From NCBI GenBank assembly GCA_013265495.1, contig MU058418.1, positions 248,001 to 312,000 of the forward strand: DNA of 64,000 nt. The letters run 5' to 3'. Below the pieces are notes generated by a model. The model saw nothing but the letters and a program-made list of their open reading frames with translations, was not told the DNA's origin and ran no database searches. The position numbers and the translations under genes are program-made. Positions 25,006 to 39,214 of this stretch are shown here, piece by piece (within the stretch, counting starts at the first letter, position 1; every line of letters begins with the position of its first letter). This DNA comes from Vicugna vicugna (lineage: Eukaryota).

Positions 25006-26199
25006 AACCTGATTCTTTTTGTTTAACAAAATAGGCTGCTACCAAACAGCCTTGTCCTGTGGAAGCCACACCACACACACTTTTTGGACAAACAATAAAT
25101 CTATAACTACTCCAAGTATGTCACTATGTCAAATACTATGGGTGATTCAAAGGTGAATTTACTATTATCTTTAAGGATCTTACAATAAAATTCAAAACTT
25201 GGGAGAAGAAAGCATCACAAAAATGCAGAGGAGGTAAATATCACACAAAAAAATTAGAGAGCGTTAGAACTAACTTTAGGATTGATAAACAACCTCCTTG
25301 AGATTTAGAATAGATCTTCCCTCTCAAATTGTGTCCCCTAACTCTGACTAAGGGGGCATTCACAGAATAATATCATTATTGTAGAAAGCTTTATATAAAC
25401 ATGAATATAACTTAGAAAATTAAAATAAACTTAGGTAAGGAATATTTACTCTGAAGAATGTTGCTCTCTGCATGACAGAAACTGCTCATTTCTATTTGCT
25501 TCAGATGAATTCATCTTCTCTTCATCAGTGAGATGACTGATGACTCAGACATGCAGATATAAGGAGAAGGGCCCAAAGTCCACGGAGCAAACCACAGCAG
25601 CCTGGCAGAGCCTTGAGGTGGGCAATAAACTGCCAGTCTCTCTTGAAGGATGAGGATTTAGAGATGACCCCAGGGGACTAAGGTTAGAGGATAGAAACCT
25701 CATCTGCTCACCGGCATCATCTCGTCAGAGTTTACTGAACTCTGGACGCGATCTATTTGATTTACTTGAGTTAATGCCTAAGGCATAGGCTATGTGGAAA
25801 GGATATCCCTTTGAATTGAAAATCATGAGGATAATGATTTGGAAATATTTTACCAGCTGTTTAAGAAATCCAGGACTCTCATGTTGTCTATATCTACAAC
25901 TTTTTATACTTGCAAAGACATCAAGAGTTAAACATGTCCCTATTCTGTGAAGCATCTTTAAAATTCAGATCTATGCTACTCTTATATGTATATGCATATA
26001 TGTGAATAGCCAATGGAGAGTTGATAGCTTTCATTCAACATATTTAGCTGGATCTTTTCAAACAAAATGTAAGTCTGTAATGTATTCTAATGTAACACAA
26101 TTAGAGCCACTAACACCATCTGTATATATATTTTTGGTTCAGCTGTCAAAAAACATACAAATACACCCTTGTAATATAATATTCGATACTTGAGTAATA

Positions 26200-29100
26200 C
26201 TTCACTATACTATATACTTTAACTTTTTTCTATTTTTAAATAGATCAATTTTCATTTTCCTTTTACAATTATATAGTATTTTATTACATATTTTAATATG
26301 TAAGTCTTTGCCTACGTCTCTGATATTTTTCTTGAGATACATTATTAGAAGTGCAATTACTATAGCAAAGTATATGAACTTTTAAACTAAAGGTTTAACT
26401 ATAAAAACAAATATGTGTAATAGTATACAAAAAACATACTGTATATGTATTTGTTTAAAAAGTCAAATGATACAAGACTTCTAATAAAACATCCCAGCCC
26501 TCTCCAGACCTTGTCTGTCTCGTGTCCCTCTTTAGCTGTATCTTCTGTTTATCTTCAAATATTTTTCTTATTTGATTTTTAAATTTTAAACATTATCTAT
26601 TGTTCCTACTATAAAAGGAATAATTACATTTCTTACATGACCAAACACATTTCTTTCCTCTACCCTCCCCCACCAATGATTATACTTTTTGGTTTAAATA
26701 CTGATTTGATATTTATGTTTTTGTGCTATAGAAATATTATTTTCTGAGCCATGTAAAGTATTATGATTATATTTCCTTGTACATTAAAATTTTTTTCATT
26801 ACAGCTAAGAACTGCCTCATTTTATTCCATATGTTTATTGTGGCTGTTTTGATAAGTGGGTCCCAAATTCTTTGAAATTGTTCCCATTGACAGGTGAGGC
26901 CTACAGCCCCTCCCCTTGATTCTGGGTGGGATTGTGACTGTTTTGATAGGAGACCATGAAAATGACAGGTGATGTCAGATGTTGGTCATAAAAGAAGATG
27001 CAGCCTCTGCCTTGTGCTAGAAAACCTGTGTTTGGAGTCCTGAGCTGGCAAGTAAGAAGTCCAGCTTCTCTGAGGCTGCCACACTGTGAGGAAGCCAAGC
27101 TAAATAAAGAGGCCATGTGTGAGTACTCTGGCTGGTCAGATACCTGGTTTTCTTGACAGCCCAGCCCAGGTGCCAGGTGTGAGTGGAGCCTCCAGATGAT
27201 TCCAGTCCCCAGCATCACTGAATCACCTACAGCCTCTGAGTCTTTCCAGCTAAGGCCCCAGCTATCATGGAGCAGACACCCCCTCCGTGCACTGTCCGAA
27301 TTCCTGACCCACAGAATCCATGAACATAATAAAATGCTTATTTTAAGCAGCTAAGTTTTGGGATAATTTGTTATGCAGCAGTAGTGACTGGAATGCTTAG
27401 TCCTCTATATTCCTATCATTAATTGTCCCTAAATTCTCAATATGGTCAAGTACATTAGGGAATCATCAGTTCCATTTTTTTCCTTGGAGATATTTTTTCT
27501 AGACATCTCCGTTCTCTTATCCCAATCTGGCCTGGACGCAGAGCCATCAGCCCAGGACTTGCCTGGCTGAGACACAGTGTATCAGTTACTTAAGGATGTG
27601 GGCCCTGCAGCCAGGCTGCCTGGGTTTGGACCCTGACTCCACCACTTGCCAGTGCTGTGTGAATGTGCTCAAGTTAATTTTGCTCTGCCTTGGTTTCTCA
27701 TTAGAACAGTGTTGGCACATGGTAAGTCCTCTCATTGTTGGCATTCTTGTTGGTTCTTATTCTTCCCTTCATACTGTCCTGGGAACTTCCATTGCCCCAC
27801 ATCCATGCCTGATGTCCTAGTTCCTAAATTCCACGTCTTTTTCTTTCTTGATTACTCCCTTGTCTTGCTAGAATACAACACCAGTTCCCTAAAAAAAGAT
27901 ACTTGGTAGGTAAGTTTTTTGAGAATGTTTTAAATTGTCTTTAACATCACACTTGATAATATGACTGGCATAAAATTCTAAGTTGGAAACAACTTTCTCT
28001 TTGAATGTTGAAGTTATTGTTCCATTGTCTTGGAGCATTCAGTATCACACTGAGACCATTCTGATTCTTGAGCCTTTGTACATAAGTTTTTCTTTTTCTT
28101 TCTATAAGTATTAGGGTCTCATTTTTACCTTTATTGTCTCAAAAATTTGACGTTGATGTCACTTGGTGTGTATCTTTTAAAATTCATCATTTAGAGCACC
28201 ATTTCGATTTGGAAACACTTACAGGTTCTTCAATTCTTAGAATTTCTTTTCTTTTTAATTCTTTGTTAATTTTCATCTTCATTTTCAGTTTTCTCTTTCT
28301 GGGACTCAATAGATAACAAGATCTCTCAAATTGGCCTCTAATTTTCTTATCTTTTCAATTTTCTATTATCTTTTTGGTCAATTTTCTGGGAGATTTTCTT
28401 ATTTATATCTTCCAATCTTCTGATTTTTTAAAAAAAATCTGCTTTCATATTTTATAATTCTGATTTCTTATTCTTGGATTGTCCTTTTTAACATATCACC
28501 TGTTCTTCTTTCATGGATTTAATATCTTATCTCACTAAGTATACTGATGATAGTGCTTTTGAAAATGTCTTTTTTTTCCCCTTGCACTGCCTGTGTTTCC
28601 TCTGGATTCCCTCTTTTTATCAGTTCGCTTTTGACTCCTTCCCCGGCAGAGGCTGTGCTCTAATGCCCAGTGGTCCTCTATTACCTATTCTACTTCAGCT
28701 GGATATTCTGTGCCCTTCATACTCTGAGGCTTGTCAACTGGAGGCCTCACTGTACGACAGCCAGCTGGTCAGGGATACAGCACGTTTACTGAGGGAGCCC
28801 CAAATGTCCACATCTGCAGGTCTTTTTTCTGGGTTTGACAGTTTTCCTAGAAAGGAATTCTCCTTTCTACCTGGTGAATATGAAGGATTTTGAACTGGCT
28901 GTCAGCATTTTGAGAGCCTATGAGGGAGGAGGTGTGGGAGGGGGAAAATCTTATCTTTTGGAAAGCAGCTATCCTTAGGCTCGCTCTACTTTAACGATGG
29001 CATCCTCACCCCAGCTGTGCCTGGTTCTCCATGCGCAGAGTCTCAGAACCACCAAGTTAAATTCCATGAAGCTTTGGATAAAAGGGCAAGAACTCTTTGT
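26200..29100 (-). mobile_element. HAL1/L1ME-type old LINE remnant (split by MLT1 and MIR)
   Basis: T-rich antisense ORF1-like sequence: gcataaaattctaagttggaaa..ttccattgtctt..ccattctgattcttga. Confidence 0.65.
26839..27395 (+). mobile_element. MaLR LTR (MLT1F/G-like), nested in the HAL1/L1ME element
   Basis: tgtggc..cccctccccttgattctgggtggg..gaggctgccacactgtgaggaagccaag..aattcctgacccacagaatccatga..ataataaa..aagttttgggataatttgttatgcagcagtagtgactggaa. Confidence 0.85.
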
Positions 29101-29694
29101 ACCAGAGTTTCTGAATTAAAAGAAACCCCCAAAAGTTCCCTCTCATCTTCCATAGCTTCCCTCTCCCGCAAAAAAAAAAGTGAGAAATTCACCCAATTCA
29201 AGTCCCTTTACCCCTCCTGCTTAACCATACTTTCTTTTTTTTCTTTTGATAATGCCTCAGAACTTGAGTATTCAGGGTCCAAGTTTGTTTTAAAATAACC
29301 CAATGAGCTGACAGACGGAGCTCCTGGAATTCTGCAGCTTGTGATAGAGTCTACAGATGGGAAATTGCCGTCAGTTAAAGGGTGGTGCTATTACCATAGC
29401 CCAATTTTTGAAAGCCTTTAGGAAAAAAAAATCATCTGAGTTAATTAGCATTCACCACAGGCACTAGTTTTGTATTGCAGTATTCTAAGAACTCAGAGAA
29501 TAAGAAAACAGTATTTCCGTCTCTAACTTTTAACTAACATTTATCTCTCAAAAATGTAGATTAGAAAGTAAGTTTTACCTGTTATATTGAATAAGCTCTT
29601 ATAGCACTGATCTATATGATCTTTATGGATGATTAATCTTAGATCATCACAAAATATGAGTTATGTTCTGGTACGTAAAATAGAAGTAATTTCA

Positions 29695-29832
<138 letters not shown>

Positions 29833-30717
29833 CTAGAAGGAGTAGACAAAAGAATTAAATCAGTGAAATGCATATACACTAGCATGTTTTAGTCATATTC
29901 AAAAACTACTAGTTAATATAGTGAAAAATTAAGCTTAAGGAATGTAGTTATTAGTTATACTTTAATAGGCAAAAGAACAGTTCACATGATTAACAATAAT
30001 CTTTAAAGTCCTTTAAAATAGTTTTTCCCTAACATAGCCCTTTTTTAACCAGGCAGCAGCCTTTATTTTGCTTTTTAAGTTCAAGGTAAGGATTTAGGAA
30101 AAGATTTAATAAATATCATTTGCTTAATAAGCTATTCAAAGATTTAATAAAATATGGAAGAAACTCATCTGGAGATATTACATATATGTATATATTTTCC
30201 CCCTCTTATGAGTTATTTAAGTAACATCTAAGAAATATATACTAAATGGAATTTTAAAATTACATATACATGGAGGCAACAATATAACAGCTAATCTTGA
30301 GACATTTTATATTTCATTAGCCCATTCAAAAGAATCAGTTATTAGAATGAAAGCTTTCAATTTCCATGTATTTCTAAATTTCATTAACTTTCCACAATTT
30401 ACTTTACATAGAAACTATAAGGGAACTGTAACAAAAATGCAAATATTTTTCCATTCTGCGACTGCCAACATTACATGTTACTTAATAACTTGCAAGAGTT
30501 CTTTCAAGAACCTTGTTAGATGGTAAGAAAAGACAAACATCACAAATACGGTTTAAGTAAGCTTTCAGTCTAAATTATGCAGTACTCACTGATCATACTG
30601 TTTATATGATATAATAATCACCATGTATGATAGATTTTATGCAGACTGTAAGCAGTTTTTGAGATATAAAAGTAGTTATTAAATGGTAAAAGGCTTCTAT
30701 ATCATTTTAGTTATTTA

Positions 30718-30924
<207 letters not shown>

Positions 30925-31563
30925 CTAAAAAATGTAACAAAAGCCAAGATAAAAAAGAACTTAGGAGTAATTAAATTGTTTTGGTTTTTGAAGAGTAAGA
31001 GTTAAGAAATGAACTATTCAAACAATCAGGCTATTGCAACAAGACAGAACCAAAAGATGCTGAAGCTTAGTTCTACCTAAAGAGAACTAAGGGGGTAGGA
31101 ACTGCTTTTTTAAGGTAATGGGGAAAAAAATGAAAGAAATGCTGAAACAAATTTTACTTTGAGCTAGGGAACATCTATTAAAATATATTTATAGGTTAAG
31201 GCAAAATTAGAGGCTTGGACCTTCAAACTATCTCTCTTCTATATTCACATTAGTTCTTAATTAAGTGGTAATATTCCAAAATACAAGAATCCTATTACCT
31301 TTAATTTATGTGAAACTGTCAAGGGCATAATGAAGAAACTGCATTCTCTTATAAACAGTTAGAAAGAAAAATCAGAGACAAGATTAACCCATTGTAATGG
31401 AGTATGATTTAAACTACCCTATTCATCAAAGTTTATTCCCATAAGAAGAAAGCAAGGTGATAAGGGAAGATATAACTATAGTTTATTTAGTTTCATCATT
31501 TTACATTATGAAAATCATAGTACTATCTGTAAGTAAGCATACACACACCTACTGACTCTAGAT

Positions 31564-31860
31564 GAGTGATGCCCAATAAAAATATACTGTAAGCCCCATT
31601 ATGCAATTTAAAATTTGCTAGTAGCTACATTAAAAAAGTGAAAAGAAACAGGTGAAATTAATCTTAATGACATTTTATCCCAATGTATCCAAAATATTAT
31701 TTCAACATATAATGAAAATAAAATTATTATTAATATTTTGTATTTTTTATACTAAGTTATCAAAACCAGTGTGTATTTTACACTTACAGCACATCACTAG
31801 CCAAATTTCAAGTACTCAACAGGAACAGAGAGCTGGTAGCTACCCTAGGGGACAGCTCTG
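31564..31860. mobile_element. MER33-like hAT-Charlie DNA transposon
   Basis: aaaagaaacaggtgaaattaat..cagtgtgtattttacacttacagcacatc..atttcaagtactcaa; flanked by hAT-type 8-bp TSD ctctagat (31556-31563) / ctctaggc (31861-31868). Confidence 0.85.
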
Positions 31861-32389
31861 CTCTAGGCAGTGAGCTCTCTGAGAACAAGAATAATGAAGC
31901 AACATATAAAACAATGTTCATATTATGGTGTTTTGTTGAAACCCCAAACTAACTAGAATCCACTCAGAAGGATTAATTAACCCAAACACTTTACTTCCTG
32001 CCACCCATACCATAATCCTCCTTCCAACGTTATTCATAGACAAAATAAAAAATAGTAAGAAAACTGAAACAGAGACCATTCAAAGGTGATCTCAGATTTA
32101 GCCCACTCACCATGCTGAAGGGAATCTTCAACACAATGGTCAGATTAAATTCTCAACTTAATTAATGCCTTTACACAAAAAGGAGTTTCACTTATAGTAA
32201 CAGTTGCATATATGCAACCCAGCATTGCAAAAAAGTCATAGGGGAGAAGTAGTGCATAAACTGCTTTACAAAACATTAGGTATAAATAATAACATTTAAT
32301 TTTGAAATTATCTTCTTGTTTATAGTAGTTTTTTTAGTTTCAACTCTTTTGGTTTGAAATCTGAGATGGATTTTAAAATGTGCAAAGTT

Positions 32390-33290
32390 TATATATCATA
32401 TTAATAAACCTGAAATAAAAACCATATTATCTCTCCATGTATACCGGAGATGCATTTGACAAAATTCAACTCCTGTTTTTGATGGGGAAAAAAAAGCACT
32501 AAATAAAATAGGAACTGATGTGTATTTCTTTAATACAACAGGTGCATGTGTATGCATGCATGTGTGGGGTGTTACGTATGTATGCTTGCACACACGATCA
32601 TCCAAAAGTCAGCAAATACTTTATGGGGAAACACATGAGCTTTTCTTTCTAAAATCAAGAATAAGACAGAGATGCACACAATATTACAGCTATTTAACAA
32701 TGTAATAGAAGAGGTAAGAAAAGGACAGATGTATAAAAATTAGAGGAGTTTATCACTATTTGAAGACAATATAACTGTAAATTGGGGAAAACCAAGAGAC
32801 TCAACTAAAAAAACTACTACAAGCAAGAAGATAATTTAGTAAGTAGCAGCATATAAAACTAATGTAATTTATAATTAACATAAAAGATGTATTAACTACA
32901 GCTTTCATACATTAAAAACTAATCAGAAAGTATTGTAAATGGGATCTTCTGTTATATCTATGGAAAAAAGATTAAAAAGCTGGGAATATACTTAGAAAGC
33001 GATTCTCCCCTAGAACCTCCGGAAAGAATGCAACCCTACCAACATCCTGATTTGGGAGCTTCTGACCAATGAAAAAAAACTTTTCATCTCCCTCAAGTTT
33101 CACTCAGTGTTGGTGAGGCTGTGAAGAAACGGGCCTCTCAAATATGACCAGCAGAAGTGGAGGCTGGATAGAAGTTCTGCAATGCCCATCAAAATTACAA
33201 ACGTATTTGCCCTGTGACCCAGCAAATCCTATTTGCAGGAATTAATCCTACATAAAGTCAAACATGTGAAGTTAAATACATATAAGGTTA
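32390..33290 (+). mobile_element. Fragmented old L1M ORF2/3' region with a small MLT1 fragment (~32995-33065)
   Basis: gcatttgacaaaattcaac, ctaaaatcaagaataagacagagatgc, tgacccagcaaatcc. Confidence 0.65.
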
Positions 33291-33299
33291 TGGTCTGTT

Positions 33300-34290
33300 G
33301 TTCATCCAGGTGCCAGGGTGATCCTTTTGAAACATAAGCTAGATAGAACCATATTGGCCTCTGTGATATTGAGCTAACACTCTAGGCCTGTTCGTCCTTC
33401 AGGCCTGTGCCACCCATTGTTCTCTGTCACACACTCTCCCCAGATGTCTGCACAGAGTGATCCCTCGTTGCTTTTGGGTCTGTAATTAAATTTCACTTCC
33501 AAAACCCTTCCCCATCATTTCCTCTCTCTTCACCCTGCTTGGAATATTTTTCCTTGATACTACTGGACCCCTTATATAGTTCTGTGTTTAATGGTTTATT
33601 GCCTGTTCCCATCACTAGAATGTCAGCTCCATGAAAGCAAATACTGCTTTGCCCTCTACCGAATCATCAGCACCCAATACAGTCCATTAGGTGTGCAATA
33701 ATATTTGCCGGATCTTTACCTTTCTTTTCTTTCTTCTCTTTCCCTTTTGTCCACCTTCCTCTATCCTTCTTATATTGAGCAAAAGAAAAAACTGAAATAA
33801 TTCTCCCTGAATGCCTTCCTACTATGCAAAGAATCAAGATAAGCTCTACAGCATAGGATTCAAAGCAATGGTATCAGGTAATATTTCTGGCATTTTCTCC
33901 TGCCCAAAATAGCCCCTTTGAGGCCTGCATTTCAGCAATACAGGACAATTTGCTGTTTCTTGAATAAAGTGTGTATTTTCAAATTTGTGTGAATTAAAAA
34001 AATATTACTCCTTTCAAAGAGAATATCACCTCCCATTCCCTGCCCAGTAAACTCAATATATCCAGTTAAAATATCATTTCTTTGAGAAACATTCTCAAAC
34101 ATTCCCAAATACTTTCATCCTTAGACTAACATTACCTTATTCATATTTCAAAACAGCACTTAATTCTCTCTTAATTGTATGATTGCTTATTTGTCTTTTC
34201 CCTTGAGGACTGGATATAGTCTTAGTCACTTTTACATTTCTAATCACTTAGGCCATATTTAATTTTCAACAAATGTTTCCTAAATGAATA
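33300..34290 (+). mobile_element. L2 fragments
   Basis: gccagggtgatccttttgaaacataag..ctagaatgtcagctccatgaaagca..; second 3' end ending aaatgtttcctaaatgaat. Confidence 0.65.
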
Positions 34291-34349
34291 GAACTGTGTT
34301 TATCTGTTACATTTATTAAGTAATTGCATGTTCTTCTAAAAAATTTAGA

Positions 34350-34715
34350 AGTGAATGAGTAGATATATCCATACAACGGAATGTTACCCTGCAATAAAAA
34401 GGAAGGAAGTATGGACACATGCTATGCCACGGTGAACCTCAAAAATATTACGCTCAGTGAAAGGAGTTGCCCATGAGACCATATATTGTATGATTCTGTT
34501 TTTACGAAATGTAGGTTAGTGGTTGCCTGGACTGGGAGTGGGAACTGTCAAGGGCCATGAGGGACCTGACGGGGTGTGTGTGAAAATGTTCTGAAACTGA
34601 CTTACAGTGAAAGTTGTATCACTCAATAAAGTTAACTAAAAATCATTGAATTGTATGCTTGAAATGGGTTAATTTTATAATATGTGAAGCATATCTCAAT
34701 ATGAAAGAGAAAAAA
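34350..34715 (+). mobile_element. L1MB/MC 3' end
   Basis: atatccatacaacggaatgtt..gcaataaaaagga..gaacctcaaaaatattacgctcagtgaaag..ggttagtggttgcc. Confidence 0.8.
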
Positions 34716-37309
34716 GGGCAATGAACATAACATTTTACATTTCTTGGTCTCAAATGCTTAAATTAACATTTAAAAAATTATATGACTAAATTAACTGTGG
34801 CTTGTATATCATCCTCATTTACTCATATAATATTTATTTAGGTTATGGGTTAGGCTCTTTGTGAAGCAATACAGATAGGAAGATAATTATTAATGGGTAT
34901 TTATTAGAAAATAGCCTGTCCTCAAGAAGCTCATGGTCCAGGAATGGCATCTATATCTATACCTACCTATATGTGGATATAAATATAATAGATAAATCAG
35001 TAAGATTCAGTTTTATTTTATTTTCCTTATTATGATTAAGATATATTTTATTATCCATCATTTCTACGTTTTAAATTATGCAAATTATAAACAATCATTG
35101 AAAAAATCAGAAAATTCAGATAATCAAGAAACCATTAAGGCCTAGTCCCTTGAAATCTGCTATAATAAGTTAATCAGGTCATAAGTCAATAATTCTGCTC
35201 TTAAGTTAATCAGAAAATTTATTCCCTGAACATTAAATTATTACCTATCATGAACTTGGTTACCAATGGAACAAAGCTCCTTCATTCATTTCTGTCAGCT
35301 TGCCATGTATAAATTAAGAGACCATGCTCTGTTACAAAGGAAAAGTTAATGTACCACTGTGAAATATCAAGAAACCATTTTGACAACCACATCCAACTCA
35401 GTATCTTCAGATATCAGACATATAGAACTGGTGTGAAATGAATGTAGACAGAATAAATGAGACTCAGATATATGGGCAGCATCAACTTATATCTGTACAG
35501 TTTACAAAAGGGAGATACATTCAGTGGATATTTACTTTTGATGGGGTTTTCTTTCTTTCAGAAAGAATATATATCAACATACCTATTGAATGACTGTCAG
35601 ACTGAAGTGTATTAATTTAAAAATGTAGGTCTCTTATTCACTGTAACATGACCTTTTTGCTCAAGTAAGGCTGGTTCAAAAAATAGGGGAAAAGGCTGAA
35701 GCTTACAAGATGATGTTTCCTGTGACAGTAGCACTGGTGGTTTTACTCAGATGTAATATGCTGTTCTGCCACTGAGTTGCCCAGGGGTCGTGCACTTTGA
35801 GTTGCTTTCCTAACGGTAGAAATACATTTGTATATACCTATACACATGAGACCAAAGTGTGTTTGTAAAGTGGCAGCTCGGTATTAAAGATTTAGTCCAT
35901 TAAAGGCAAAACAGCTGACCCAGGCAGATGTCCAAGCCTCAACTAGAACCTGCCAAGATGAACTGCTACCTTTCATATTATCAGAAAAGAAGATGTTAAA
36001 AGAACTTCAAAGAAAGTATGCAAATATTTCCTGTTTTTATGCTTCCTACTTCAGATTAATATTCTGAGCTGCTACCTTTATCATTTATCTTTAAAATAAA
36101 TCCTTATATACTCATGCAGCATAAATTTGCATTTGATAAGAGACCAGGTCTCTCAAAGGCCAGATTTCACCATTTAAAATGTTTGCTTCGAATTAGTCTT
36201 TTCAGTTATTTTAAGTAGGTAAACTAGAGCCAAAACGTTTACCAGCCTTAAAAAAAAAGCCAAATTAAGAACATTTTCAATAAAGACTCTCTAAATCTAG
36301 GGATAAGAAGGAAGCATGAGGGAGAACAGAATCTAACATTTTCTGGGAGCCAACTTAATGATGACACTTTCACATTCATTATTATATTAGCCCTCAAAGG
36401 TCTTAATTATCATTATTTCCATTTACTAGGCAAAGAGATTTGAAGACTGTATTTTGATCAAGATCAAACATTAGTAAGTGGTAGATATAGATCTTACCTG
36501 AATTCTATTTTGCTTAATACATAATAGAAATTCATGCAAAATATCTTTTATAGTTTAAAAAGTAGGCTGTATTTAAGAGTAAATGACGTTTCATCTGTTT
36601 GTCAACAAAGTATTTTAAACCTATAAATTAAATCTTTTAATAATGCCCACTGAAGAGATCCAAGAATCTATAGAGCATATAAATTAAAAGATTAGATATA
36701 ATAGATAAAGTATTTTTCCAGGAATCCCAAAGGAGGGGGAAAAAGTATAATACTTTATTTAGCAGCACATCTAACAGTATGAAATAATTTGCTTTGATTT
36801 ATAATCCAGTCATATTGGATACAGTAATGTGGGTATCTGGAAACTTTACATCTGTGTAAATCATGAGAGAGAAATTGATAAGGTTTGATAAATGTGTATA
36901 ACTAAAGTTTGTTTTTAAAAGTGCTTCTATATAATAAATAAAGCTATCAAATTTTTACTCACACATTAAAGAGAAGGGTTGCCAGGGAATTTAAAAGTCA
37001 GGAATCCTTTGGTCTAGGGCCAGCCACCCCTTCCTGTACTCCCTACAGTCAGTTCTTGCTGCAGAGGGGAGAAGGGAAGACTATTTTGCAGCACAAATCC
37101 TTCAGCAGCTGGTATCCTTGGGATGGGGAAAGCCTTGAACAGCTAGAGGGCAGCAGATAGTCTTCAGATGGGTTGCACAGTAGGGGCATTAGGGAATACT
37201 GAATAATTCTTTGAGATGAACAACAGCACTAAAGGGAAACTTGGCTTGCTTTGAAATGTGCAGTGTATGCTGGTGCTTGACATACCACATAAACATGCAG
37301 TAGATGCAG

Positions 37310-37900
37310 GTCGATTAATTTTTTTGTGTGTGCTTACTATGCCAGGCACTATAGATTTGAGAATTGTGTATTACTCCTTGGCTTTTAGTAGAAGTTCAGC
37401 AACGGAGAAACACAGTACATAGAAACTAGTCTGGTATGTGAAGAGAGAGCTATGCTTACAACACAGAGAAGGGAGTGACCAGTTCTATCAGGGAAGGCTT
37501 CAGTGGGGGAACTGTTAGCTGAATCTAGTTCTGAATAATAAAATGGAATTAGCCTAGAAGATAAAGTTTGAATGACTCTGGGGCATCAATTATCAGTCCC
37601 ATATTATTGAAGCACACAGTGGGAGAGGTAGGTAGAGAAAGACAAGATTACTCACGTAGTAGGTAAGAGGCCCAGAGGGCTGGACCTTATTACTTAGGTG
37701 CCAGGAAACTGTCTTCAGCAGGAAATTATATGATTGCAAGTGCAATGAGATGGGTTGTTCCAGAGGCAGTTTGGATTGGAGGGGCAACAACTGGAAGATC
37801 CACTAAGGGGTGAAGTGCTATGTTCCAGGTGAGCAGGGATGATGTTATAAAGTGGTGGCCAGTGGGGACGGAGAGATAAGAACTATCTGAGCTGCTCAAA
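37310..37900 (-). mobile_element. L2 fragment
   Basis: gtgcttactatgccaggcact..cagggaaggcttc..tccaggtgag. Confidence 0.6.
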
Positions 37901-37924
37901 AAGTGAAACAAAATAGCTCCCTAT

Positions 37925-38375
37925 TGTGGACACAGCAGATGCTCACCAAGGAACCACTACCCTCTCCCGCCTTTCTAACAAACCCTAATTTTGTTCAGGT
38001 AGTCACTGCTCTTGCTAATCATAAATTTAGGAATGGGCATGTGGTCCAATTGTAGGCAGTGAGACATGAGGAAGTCTACCACAGAGCTCCTAGAAAGAGA
38101 CTCAGATAAAAGTGGCAACTGTGGATGTTGATTTGTCTTGATTAGACAACACCAGGTCTACTGCAGCCAAAGTGCCACAAGTTTGATAATAAAAAAAGGA
38201 CACTAGGAAGCAGAGCAGAGATGGAGGAAACCTTTATATTCATGGCGTTGTCATGTTATCCTTGATGCCTGATTACCTCTGCATGTTGAGTTAGAGTAAA
38301 ATATATTTCCTTACTTTTATATATATTTAATTGGATTTCCCATTTTTTTGTGTGTATGGCTGAAAGCATTCCAAT
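37925..38375 (+). mobile_element. MaLR LTR (MLT1J/K-like)
   Basis: aaaccctaattttgttcagg..aggaatgggcatgtggtccaatt..gagacatgaggaagtct..gctgaaagcattcc. Confidence 0.7.
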
Positions 38376-38479
38376 GAATTCATTCCTTAAGATGAAAAAC
38401 GTTTATTCTATATGAAGTCTACACATGCCAACATTAACAAACTACTAAAACATTTTAGGAAGAATTTCCTTAGGATGGA

Positions 38480-38980
38480 GTATTAGTTATCTACTGCCAC
38501 ATAACAAATTACCTACAAATGTATCATCTTAAATTGACAATTATTTATTATCTCAGAGTTTCTGAGGGCCAGGAATCTAGAAATGGCTTAACTGACTGGT
38601 TCTGGCTCAGGATTTCTCATGAAGTTGCAGTTAAGTTGTTAGCTCGGGCTCCACTTATATAAAGGGGCTAAAGAATTCACTCCTGAGCTCAGTTGGCAGT
38701 AAATATTAGTTTCTTGCCGCTTTGGCCACTCTGTGGGGCTGCTCACATGACATGGTAGATGGCTTCCCTAGAGCAAGTGACCCAGTAGAAAGAGAGTGAG
38801 AGCACATCCAGGAAGGAAGCTTCACAATTTTTCATAACCTTATCTTGGAAGTGACACACCATCATTTCTGCTGCATGTTATTGGTCACACAGACCAACCT
38901 AGTACAATATGAGAAGGAATTAGACAAGGAACACTAGGAGGTAAGACTCATTGAGGGTTATCTTGGAAGCTGGTTACTAG
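38480..38980 (-). mobile_element. MaLR LTR (MLT1F-like)
   Basis: tattagttatctactgccacataacaaattac..ggttctggctcagg..ggaagtgacacaccatcatttctg..ttattggtcacacagaccaacc. Confidence 0.85.
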
Positions 38981-39214
38981 AGATGGAGTCTATGATTAGA
39001 ATTATTGGGTCAATAGATTTGAACATTTGAAGTTTCTTAAACATTCTGCAAGTAGTTTTATAGAAGAGTTCTTAAATGCACACTGACCAGTCAGGTTTGA
39101 GACTGTCTTATCACTGAATAGAATTACTATTTTACCCGCGAATTTAACAAGTGAAAAGTGGCATTTCATTTAAATATGGGAAGTAATTTCATTGATTAAC
39201 CATTTGTATTTCCT

